DNA from: Candidatus Syntropharchaeum caldarium
GTDB taxonomy: Archaea; Halobacteriota; Syntropharchaeia; Syntropharchaeales; Syntropharchaeaceae
Reading direction: 5' to 3'
Length of the DNA stretch: 32,000 nt
Assembly: GCA_001766815.1 (NCBI GenBank)
Contig: LYOS01000002.1
Location: 120,001-152,000 of the forward strand
Positions within the stretch are counted from its first letter, which is position 1. The number at the start of each line of letters is the position of its first letter. The notes below the pieces were generated by a model. It worked only from the letters and a program-made list of their open reading frames with translations, did not search any database and had not been told where the DNA came from. Position numbers and translations under genes: made by a program. Shown here one piece after another: positions 21,832 through 29,339 of this stretch.

Positions 21832-21990
21832 ATGGGTATGAAGGAATTTGAGATCGGACCTATAAGACCACCAGGTGAGGGGGGTAGTTTCTCTCTTCTC
21901 ATAAGAGCGACGAGGAACTGCCCGTGGAGCAGGTGCACGTTCTGCTATGGCACCCTGTACATATCCAGGATGCAGACTCGCTCATCATGA
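21832..21990 (+). pseudogene. 5' remnant (52 codons) of a radical-SAM protein gene, truncated at the cassette boundary
   Basis: Hand translation gives MGMKEFEIGPIRPPGEGGSFSLLIRATRNCPWSRCTFCYGTLYISRMQTRSS*. The IGPIRPP...SLLIRATRNC-x4-C-x2-C block matches my recollection of the N-terminus of a radical-SAM family. After about 21960 the frame runs antisense into the 155-aa gene and stops, and no continuation exists in the window. Confidence 0.55.
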
Positions 21991-22412
21991 AGACCCGGGA
22001 TCTGCGTAACGGTTCTTCTCCCCTTCTCCTCCACTACTTTAAACGCTAACCTTTCATTACCTACCCAGAGCGCAAATTCACAGTTAGGAGAGGCTGCAAC
22101 ATAGCTTTCAAGCTGTTCAATGCCTTCCTTTTTATCTGATGGCTTAACGTCTTCGCTCTTCACCTCGACGTTCATGTAAATGTTTTCCTGTGTGTGCTCC
22201 TCGTCTTCAGAAAAGATCGCAATATCTGCTCGCTTTTTCGCCGTTCCCATCTTGATAGGAAACTCCACGTCGATATCCCGTTTCTCATAGCCATACTCTT
22301 CGATCAAGCTTCTCGCTACATCCTGTCTCACCCTTTCCTCGGGTGTATCCTTTCTGAGCTTTCCTGTGATGAAACACTTTACTTTTCCTGGGGGGATTGG
22401 TTTATCGGGCAT
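21945..22412 (-). CDS. HsdR_N-like (type I restriction enzyme R-subunit N-terminal domain family) PD-(D/E)xK protein, stand-alone
   Basis: 155 aa with TPEERVRQDVARSLIEEYGY, RADIAIF...(17)...NVEVK (D63...E83-x-K85), IEQLESYV and ALWVGNERLAF, which is the HSDR_N pattern. It has its own RBS, GGAGG 8 nt upstream of the ATG. The last ~15 codons overlap the radical-SAM remnant on the other strand. Confidence 0.7.
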   Translation of the reverse strand: MPDKPIPPGKVKCFITGKLRKDTPEERVRQDVARSLIEEYGYEKRDIDVEFPIKMGTAKKRADIAIFSEDEEHTQENIYMNVEVKSEDVKPSDKKEGIEQLESYVAASPNCEFALWVGNERLAFKVVEEKGRRTVTQIPGLHDERVCILDMYRVP

Positions 22413-22474
22413 TTATTTAGCCTCCAGTTGAGGATATGAATGGTGTTGATATGGAAAATGCACGCGAGAGAATA

Positions 22475-24388
22475 TTACTGTGATTCATCGTCTCCCTCCC
22501 TTGAACTTCCATCGATGGTTAAGTAACAATATGCACCCTTCTCCACTTGTACTATGTCAGGACTTTCACTTGTCTTAAAATTTAATTTTTTCAACGTTTC
22601 TTTTAATTGCCTTTCAGAATCACTGTGCGCTCTTTGTCTTTGATCTTTAGCTTCCACCAGTAGAACGCCTAGACTCCCATTTTTAAACCCTAAACCAAAC
22701 CCATCAATATCGGTCAAATGATTTCGTTTGTCATCGTACACCAATATCGATGATAAAGATAGTAACAATTCTGAACGATGACTTAGATTGCCAAGGGAGT
22801 CTTGTAGTGTTTTAAGCTCGTGGGATCTCGAATTGAAAGAATTTAAATCTTTACATATCTTTTTAATTATCTTTGCAGCATTTTTTGAGCCTTTAACTGC
22901 CAACATAAATATCGCAAACAGATTTTCATCTTTAAGCTCAAAAGATAGTTCTTCCTCGGTGATATATCCAAGGATGGAAAGCAATAATTCTTGATATGGT
23001 TTTTGAAACACGTAATCAATAAAAACCTCGGTTTCGGGCACATCATGAACTTCATTTTTTATTTTATCATTTAAATTAATCAAATCTTTCAAAAAATATC
23101 CGAGTATTTCTACATTTTTCTGTATTTGAGATTGCGGATAAAAGGATAATGTAATTGCTATATGTTTCGAGGTGGGCGCTGCTTGTAATGCCAACTGACA
23201 AGAGGTTGTGCCATATTTTTTATTCCATTTTTCTTCGATTTCATACGATAAATTTTTCTTGAATGCATTAGTGAGGAGGGGAAACGGAAGTATTTCAAAC
23301 AAAACATGGATATTAAAAGCCTTCTTCCAATCCTTAGATTGAGGTTGAAAGTCATTATAATCTTTCATTAAGTATCTCTGAAGTCCTGTTATTTTGGTAA
23401 GCTCCTTATCTTTTTTCTCCTTACCAATCAATTGTTCGATTCGTTTTGTATGAAACCCTAACTCCCTCATGGACTTATCGGAATGGTACATATTAATCGA
23501 AAGAAGATCCTCTAAAGAATCAAGTGTTCTGATGATTGGGGTATCATATTCCTTAAATAGGGGTACAATGTGGTCTGGAAAATTTAGGAATATCGTCGAG
23601 AGGTTAAAATCAATTGGAACAGGACCATACTGGGAATCTAAAAAAAGATAAGAAACCTGCCTTATTCTATGAAAAAGATTTTTAAGATTTCTTTGTTTTT
23701 CTTCGTGTTCTTCTGAATCTATAATATAAAAATTTAGCACTTCTTGTAGAAAATCAACAAAATTAGGGATTTTTGAACTATACCTGCGGTATCGCCCAAG
23801 ATGAAAGTAAATGAGAATTTTGTGAAAATTGTATATATCTTCGTTTTCGAGGATTTCTTTGAAATATTCTCTTTGTTTTCTCGCTGGCAATCCTTTTGTG
23901 ATAATCGCTCTCAAATCACTGTGCTTTTGACAATATCTCAAGAGTGCTCTTTCAGTTGCAAATGTACCTGGTAAATGTCCCGCGTTAAATAAAAGTATCC
24001 ATATCTGCAAAATTTCTGCACCAGAAATTTCTTTGCCTAAAATATTAATATTTGAATTTAAACCAAAAAGCCCCTTTACGCTCTTTTCACTCCTTAATTT
24101 ATAGATCAGCTCCAATTGGAGCATCACGTATTCCCAACGCGAGTGGTGTGCGCCTTCATATACACTCCTAATTACCCCTAATTGATCGATTTCCCTCATG
24201 CGATCAATATGGTCATAATTATCAAGAAGATTATAAGTTTCTGTAGCGAGAGGATAAAGTCGAGCAGAGATCTTCCCCAACTGTGGTACGTGGTATTCGA
24301 GGATTTTATTAGTTTCTTCACTCATTTTTTTTACACAGCAAACATTTTTCCAATATCCAAGAGATTTATATCTTAATAATACTATCAT
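22475..24388 (-). CDS. Uncharacterised 637-aa protein: degenerate dGTPase/SAMHD1-like HD region (about res 25-300) plus C-terminal PD-(D/E)xK nuclease-like motif
   Basis: Uninterrupted 1.9-kb ORF whose ATG overlaps the HNH stop (ATGA, 24385-24388). IDRMREIDQLGVIRSVYEGAHHSRWEY and ILLFNAGHLPGTFATE resemble HD-hydrolase motifs with HD replaced by FN. The C-terminus reads TDIDGFGLGFKNGSLGVLLVEAKDQ. The gene is strongly AT-rich compared with its neighbours. Confidence refers to it being a real gene; the function is unknown. Confidence 0.85.
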   Translation of the reverse strand: MIVLLRYKSLGYWKNVCCVKKMSEETNKILEYHVPQLGKISARLYPLATETYNLLDNYDHIDRMREIDQLGVIRSVYEGAHHSRWEYVMLQLELIYKLRSEKSVKGLFGLNSNINILGKEISGAEILQIWILLFNAGHLPGTFATERALLRYCQKHSDLRAIITKGLPARKQREYFKEILENEDIYNFHKILIYFHLGRYRRYSSKIPNFVDFLQEVLNFYIIDSEEHEEKQRNLKNLFHRIRQVSYLFLDSQYGPVPIDFNLSTIFLNFPDHIVPLFKEYDTPIIRTLDSLEDLLSINMYHSDKSMRELGFHTKRIEQLIGKEKKDKELTKITGLQRYLMKDYNDFQPQSKDWKKAFNIHVLFEILPFPLLTNAFKKNLSYEIEEKWNKKYGTTSCQLALQAAPTSKHIAITLSFYPQSQIQKNVEILGYFLKDLINLNDKIKNEVHDVPETEVFIDYVFQKPYQELLLSILGYITEEELSFELKDENLFAIFMLAVKGSKNAAKIIKKICKDLNSFNSRSHELKTLQDSLGNLSHRSELLLSLSSILVYDDKRNHLTDIDGFGLGFKNGSLGVLLVEAKDQRQRAHSDSERQLKETLKKLNFKTSESPDIVQVEKGAYCYLTIDGSSREGDDESQ

Positions 24389-24636
24389 TCGTCTCTGACT
24401 TTTTGCACTTTCTTTGCTATATCGTTCCTCTTACCGCGATTGTAGTTCTTGATCCTATTCCACCTATAATGATCGCTTCTCTTTAACCAGCGAAGCCATT
24501 CCATAAGTGGTTTATCTCCTTTACTTCTGTTACATGCTCGACACGCAGGAATAGTTCTAACACCTCCTTTTGATGCCGCTCTGATGTGCTCATTCTCAAG
24601 GGTTCTGCTACTTCCACAATACATACATTTTTCCAT
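24385..24636 (-). CDS. Small HNH endonuclease (83 aa, zinc-finger type)
   Basis: MEKCMYCGSSRTLENEHIRAASKGGVRTIPACRACNRSKGDKPL contains CxxC...(E)H...GG...CxxCNxxKG, the HNH beta-beta-alpha-Me pattern. GAGGTG lies 5 nt upstream of the ATG. The start is 40 nt downstream of the nrdD stop. Confidence 0.85.
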   Translation of the reverse strand: MEKCMYCGSSRTLENEHIRAASKGGVRTIPACRACNRSKGDKPLMEWLRWLKRSDHYRWNRIKNYNRGKRNDIAKKVQKVRDE

Positions 24637-24676
24637 TAATGCACCTCATTTAACTTCTCAATGCTGTTCTCCTCAC

Positions 24677-26938
24677 TCACCCAACCTCCCCCACCTTATA
24701 CCTCCTCCGATCCTTCAACTCCTGCTTCTTCCCTGCGTTCCACCCACTTACAGCCTGGAGATACCCTGTAACCCTCGATAGGTGCTCGACATTCGTTGAT
24801 CCACAGTTCGGGCATTTATCGCGCAAACCCCCTGCCATGTTGTAGCCATCAAGACAGAGCGTCATATCACGGGTGAATGCAAAGTATCCGGTCTGTGTGT
24901 TCTTTGCAATCCTAAGCGCAAGATCTTTCAGGCCATGGGGGTCGATCGCACTCTCGCCCATGAAAATGTGAAGAATATTTCCCCCATCAACGATTGGGAA
25001 AAAGATATGCTCGATCTTTATCCGTTCAATCAGCGATACATCAGCAGCAGGTGGCAGATGTGTTCCATTTGTGTAGTAGATCGGTAGATCCCGCGTCTCA
25101 TCGATATGCTTCAAGGCTTCTTCTAAGTTTCCCTTTACAACCGCCTCAGCGCACGGTCTGTATTTATCATCGAGTATATCTGCAACCGCAAACCGCTGGC
25201 AGGTCGTCTCTGCAGGGGTCCGTGCAAGCGAGATCGTCATGTTATGCTTCTCTGATAGCTCTCTTGCATAGAGTTCCATCTCGGTCATCATCCTGACAGC
25301 AACTTTAAGCGCATCCCTTGATTCATGCATCTGATTCCCTGTGTGGTGCTCAACCATCTCATTTATCCCAACAACACCGATGATATAGACAAGATCATCT
25401 AAATAGACCGCAACATCTCCCTTTTCACCTGTTATCGGATCGCGGGGGCGTTGTGTTGCAAAGGGCATTCGATTGTTCTCGATAATTATATCCATCCATC
25501 TCCGCTTGATCTTCAATACCTCAACAGCATGATCCATCAGCTTTTTGAGTTCTGTGATAAGCCGCTCATCGTCGTGATCTGCCCGGTATGCAGCCCTTGG
25601 ACAGTTCAGGGACACAACCTGCCAGCCGCCCATCGAGAAGTGTTTTCCACCCCTGAAGTACATCTTGTTATCGAACTCCGCATCGTCCTCTGGGTTGGAT
25701 GCAAACTGGTATGCACAGCACTGGTAACAGGATACACCCTCTCCGCTTCCCCTGTACTCGGGGAGCTGATTATCGAAGTATGGCGATCCGTACTTTGCTG
25801 CAAGCTCAAAGGCAAGATCATAAAGCTCCTCGTAGGTTGGAAGCTCGGGGTGAGTTCTGTTGTATTCTTTTATCTCATCGCTCTCCTCTAAAAAATCACG
25901 CTCAATCGATATCTCTGGCTTCGGGAAGTTGAACGGCTTTCCAAAATAGTCACCATCGAGCATCACCTCCATCAGCGCCTTGAAGCCAAGCCTCACCTCA
26001 CGCTCAAACTCGCCATATCTCCGATCTGTCACCATCCCTCTGTAAACTGCTGGCTTATCTCTCCAGATTCTTGGCACGCCGGGGCTGAGCTGTACCGACG
26101 AGAATACGATCTGTCCGCCCCGTGCGACCATCATCTGCGTCATCTCATAGATGAACATCTGCATGAGCTGTTTGATCTCTTTGTACTCAAGCCCCTCAAG
26201 ATACGGTGCAAGAAATGTTAAAAAATTGTAGAAGCCCTGACCACCCGCAAAGTTTGTCTGTGCACTCCCGAGCGCCTTTACAGCATGAAGTACAGCAACC
26301 TCTGCTTTTTGAGCAGGGCCTGCAACCGAAGCCCGTGTGCCGTTGCCATCGGGCATCAGCCCATAGTAGAAGAAGTATCTCAGATCCCAGTCCTGACAGA
26401 ACGCCCGTGTGCCAAAGTACTCAAGGTCATGGATATGAATATCGCCTTTCAGATGAAGATCTGCGATATGGGGTGGAAGAAGGAGGAGATATTGTTCCTT
26501 CGAGATCTTGTCTGCTTTCTTCTTGTGTGAAGTCTCGGCGTTGCCCTGCAGGTTGGCATTCTCCTTTGCCTCAAAGCCAGTCCCGACATCGATTAAGTGT
26601 GCATCAAAGACCGGGGTTCCGACACGGGTTGAGATGTTTCGCCATTCCGGGTGATCCTCTTCAAGGAGCGTGACATTTGTGATCTCCCGTATCAGTGCAC
26701 CTGCCAGCGTCTTCAGGTTCATCCGTCTGATCCGAGTCTCAACCTTCTTTGCGATATCTTTTGCAAGTTCTTCCGTGATAGGGGGGATGTTATAAAATTC
26801 ACGGCTGAGCTTGGTTTCTTTCAGAAGCTGTCTCACAATTGCACGCCTGTCCCATGAGAGGATGTGCCCATCTGAAGTCCTGACCTTGGGCATCTGGGGC
26901 ATCCTTGTGCCATCAAGTGTCGTCTGGATAAGCCTCAC
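24677..26938 (-). CDS. nrdD: Anaerobic (class III) ribonucleoside-triphosphate reductase
   Basis: 753 aa with an N-terminal ATP-cone-like segment, C-terminal Zn site CPNCGS and glycyl-radical motif SRVTGYLQAV. The GTG start overlaps the upstream stop (GTGA). Confidence 0.95.
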   Translation of the reverse strand: MRLIQTTLDGTRMPQMPKVRTSDGHILSWDRRAIVRQLLKETKLSREFYNIPPITEELAKDIAKKVETRIRRMNLKTLAGALIREITNVTLLEEDHPEWRNISTRVGTPVFDAHLIDVGTGFEAKENANLQGNAETSHKKKADKISKEQYLLLLPPHIADLHLKGDIHIHDLEYFGTRAFCQDWDLRYFFYYGLMPDGNGTRASVAGPAQKAEVAVLHAVKALGSAQTNFAGGQGFYNFLTFLAPYLEGLEYKEIKQLMQMFIYEMTQMMVARGGQIVFSSVQLSPGVPRIWRDKPAVYRGMVTDRRYGEFEREVRLGFKALMEVMLDGDYFGKPFNFPKPEISIERDFLEESDEIKEYNRTHPELPTYEELYDLAFELAAKYGSPYFDNQLPEYRGSGEGVSCYQCCAYQFASNPEDDAEFDNKMYFRGGKHFSMGGWQVVSLNCPRAAYRADHDDERLITELKKLMDHAVEVLKIKRRWMDIIIENNRMPFATQRPRDPITGEKGDVAVYLDDLVYIIGVVGINEMVEHHTGNQMHESRDALKVAVRMMTEMELYARELSEKHNMTISLARTPAETTCQRFAVADILDDKYRPCAEAVVKGNLEEALKHIDETRDLPIYYTNGTHLPPAADVSLIERIKIEHIFFPIVDGGNILHIFMGESAIDPHGLKDLALRIAKNTQTGYFAFTRDMTLCLDGYNMAGGLRDKCPNCGSTNVEHLSRVTGYLQAVSGWNAGKKQELKDRRRYKVGEVG

Positions 26939-27204
26939 AGGATCCCTCCGTTCAAATGCTTCTTTACGAGATCTATATCAACCCCATCCTCCTTGACGAG
27001 TTCTGATGAGGTCAGGAATATGTCATCCCCGATCTGAAGCACGGGTGCAGAGAGTGCGAAAATCCCGTTCATCCGCAGTTCTGTCATCGCATCTGCTGTC
27101 ATCATCTCAACCTCTTCGTACTCAATTCCTTCTGCTGCAAGCGCCTGTTTCAGACGCTCACAACCAGGGCATGTAGTCATAGAATATACCCTCACACGTG
27201 TCAC
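26935..27204 (-). CDS. Glutaredoxin/NrdH-like thioredoxin-fold protein
   Basis: VRVYSMTTCPGCERLKQAL carries a CPGC redox motif after beta1. Start chosen at GTG 27204, 6 nt after GGAGGT (27211-27216); the track ATG at 27249 adds 15 non-typical residues. It is translationally coupled to nrdD. Confidence 0.8.
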   Translation of the reverse strand: MTRVRVYSMTTCPGCERLKQALAAEGIEYEEVEMMTADAMTELRMNGIFALSAPVLQIGDDIFLTSSELVKEDGVDIDLVKKHLNGGIL

Positions 27205-27415
27205 AACACAACCTCCTTCTCGTTGTATTCTGCGTCGTATGCATCGCATATACGCAATTATAGCTGTAAAAAAGCACTATAAAACAATTTTTCAGATCAC
27301 ATCTGATAACGAACCTTTTCTTTTATTATCGTGTTTGTATTCAAATTTAGTAAAATACAGTATCCTGATATATCCCACACCGTAGTTTCATATATGCTCA
27401 AAACAAAGTTTCGAT

Positions 27416-28129
27416 ATGCGAATAACAGGTATTGAAAAGGTTAAATCTAAGGATGGCAGAAAAAGTGTTCGTATCAAGTTCTTTGGATGTAATCTCAGGT
27501 GTCCGTACTGCTTCCACATAACCGAGAAGCAGAAGCAGGAAAAGCTGAGCGTGGAGGAGATTCTTTCCTCAATCAGAGCGTTCTTTGGCGAAGAAGTGGG
27601 ACGGATAACGCTTGGCGGGGCAGAACCAACGATCCAGAAAGATCTGATCGAGCTTGTAAGATCACTTAAAGAAGAAGGGCACACAATCACGCTTAAAACC
27701 GATGGATTCAGGCCAGATGTGCTTGAAGAGCTTCTCGATTATGTGGATCGATTTGTGATCGAGATAAAGGCGCCGCTTGATGATATCGATGCAAATGCAG
27801 CGTTAACTGGCTTATCCCGTGAGCGAGCATCGGTTTATGTTGAGAAGCTAAGGGAGACACTTGATCTTCTGAGAAAGGAACAGAAGAAGTTCAGGGCTTG
27901 GATCAGGGTTATACCTGAGTATGTGAACATTGATACGATTCGCGCGATAGGAGAGGATATCAGGGGTGCAGATGATGCGATGCTGTACCAGTTTTTGAGT
28001 GATCCCACCTATGATATACCGTTTGAAGGATACACAACACCTGTACCACCAAGAGAGGAGATAGATCGGCTTGCAGAGATCCTGCTTGAGTACGTTCCCC
28101 GAATTGAGATAAAAAGTGCTCAAGAATAG
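27416..28129 (+). CDS. nrdG: Anaerobic ribonucleotide reductase activating enzyme (radical SAM)
   Basis: FFGCNLRCPYCFH (CxxxCxxC) lies near the N-terminus, followed by LGGAEPT. The gene is divergent from the grx-like/nrdD pair. Confidence 0.85.
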   Translation: MRITGIEKVKSKDGRKSVRIKFFGCNLRCPYCFHITEKQKQEKLSVEEILSSIRAFFGEEVGRITLGGAEPTIQKDLIELVRSLKEEGHTITLKTDGFRPDVLEELLDYVDRFVIEIKAPLDDIDANAALTGLSRERASVYVEKLRETLDLLRKEQKKFRAWIRVIPEYVNIDTIRAIGEDIRGADDAMLYQFLSDPTYDIPFEGYTTPVPPREEIDRLAEILLEYVPRIEIKSAQE

Positions 28130-28170
28130 TAGAATTGAAAAATGAGTACAGAGAAAACAGAGAAGATCCC

Positions 28171-28737
28171 ATGATAATTGCGATAACAGGCACCCCAGGG
28201 ACGGGAAAGAGCACAGTAGCATCTATCATGAGTGATTTTTATCCAGTTCTCCATCTCAATGAGATTGTAAAGAGTGAGGGCTTCTATTCCGGGATTGATG
28301 AGCAGAGAGGGTCGCTTGAGGTCGAGATGGAAGCGCTTGAAGTTTATTTGCAGAATCTCATTGCCAGTTCTCATGATCTGATCATTGAAGGACATATTGC
28401 ACACCTTCTCCAGATTGATTATGATATGGTGATCGTTCTCAGGTGCATGCCTTCCATACTCTACGATCGGCTCAGGGCAAAAGGGTTTAATGAAGATAAG
28501 ATAAGAGAAAATATCGAAGCAGAGGCGCTCGATCTCATCCTTGTTGAGGCGCTTGAAGGAGGATTTAAAGCAGTGTATGAGGTCAATACTACAGAACAGG
28601 ACGCAAACAGCGTTGCAGCGTGTATAAAGGAGATCATCGAGGGAAACGTGGAGGCGTATCGTGTGGGAGGTGTAGACTGGAGTTATGAACTTCAGCAAAT
28701 TGCTGATGGCAGTTTCTGGCGTGATAGGTGTCTCTGA
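28171..28737 (+). CDS. Fap7/adenylate-kinase-6-like nucleoside-triphosphatase
   Basis: MIIAITGTPGTGKSTVA P-loop at the N-terminus, later LIIEGHIAHLL and VIVLRCMPSILYDRLRAKGF, as in archaeal putative adenylate kinases of the Fap7 family. Start taken at M13 of the track ORF. Confidence 0.8.
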   Translation: MIIAITGTPGTGKSTVASIMSDFYPVLHLNEIVKSEGFYSGIDEQRGSLEVEMEALEVYLQNLIASSHDLIIEGHIAHLLQIDYDMVIVLRCMPSILYDRLRAKGFNEDKIRENIEAEALDLILVEALEGGFKAVYEVNTTEQDANSVAACIKEIIEGNVEAYRVGGVDWSYELQQIADGSFWRDRCL

Positions 28738-29339
28738 TGCTTGATGCATATCGTGGAATCTGTGAGCACATCATTGAACCACTCGTAGATCTTTCAGTGA
28801 GAATTGGGCTCACTCCGAATATGATCTCTGTCATCTCCTTTTCCTTTGCTGTCGCATCAGGAGTCTTCTTCTATCTTTCAAGCAACAAAGATTCGCTCCT
28901 GATCGCCGCGGTTCTGATGCTAACAAGTGCGGTCCTTGATGTGGTTGATGGATCGGTTGCAAGAAGGATAGAACAGGCAAACGCAAAAGGAGATCTGCTC
29001 GACCACGTCTTTGATCGGTATGCAGATATTTTCATACTCTGCGGGATACTCTTTGGCGGTTATGCGCCCGCATGGATCGGGGTTCTTGCGATAACAGGAG
29101 TGCTTCTTACAAGTTACATGGGCACGCAGGCACAGGCGGTTGGGATCGGCAGGTATTACGGCGGAATACTCGGGAGGGCGGATCGACTCATGCTCCTTCT
29201 TGGGTCAACCATCGCAAACTGGGTTTATCCTGCCAGGATTTTTGATTTACCGATTCTTGGATGGATTCTCGTACTCTTTGCCATAACAGGACACTTCACA
29301 GCGATCCAGCGATTTGTATTCATCTGGAGGAGACTTTGA
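28737..29339 (+). CDS. CDP-alcohol phosphatidyltransferase family protein
   Basis: Signature D-x2-DG-x2-AR...G-x3-D-x3-D is read as DVVDGSVARRIEQANAKGDLLDHVFDRYAD. The protein is polytopic. Its ATG overlaps the upstream stop (TGATG). Confidence 0.88.
   Translation: MLDAYRGICEHIIEPLVDLSVRIGLTPNMISVISFSFAVASGVFFYLSSNKDSLLIAAVLMLTSAVLDVVDGSVARRIEQANAKGDLLDHVFDRYADIFILCGILFGGYAPAWIGVLAITGVLLTSYMGTQAQAVGIGRYYGGILGRADRLMLLLGSTIANWVYPARIFDLPILGWILVLFAITGHFTAIQRFVFIWRRL

Noticed and set aside
21249-21938. Track ORFs 21249-21509, 21583-21789 and 21720-21938 (minus strand)
   Set aside because: The first is an alternative frame within the 159-aa membrane protein gene. The other two lie in the promoter spacer or antisense to the radical-SAM remnant, and have no RBS and no recognisable motifs.
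27241-27400. Possible NrdR boxes in the nrd divergent spacer (for example around GCACTATAAAAC and CCTGATATATCCCACAC)
   Set aside because: The flanks do not match the ACAC...GTGT arms of the bacterial NrdR-box consensus as I remember it, and the spacing between candidates does not fit. I report only the plain palindromes.
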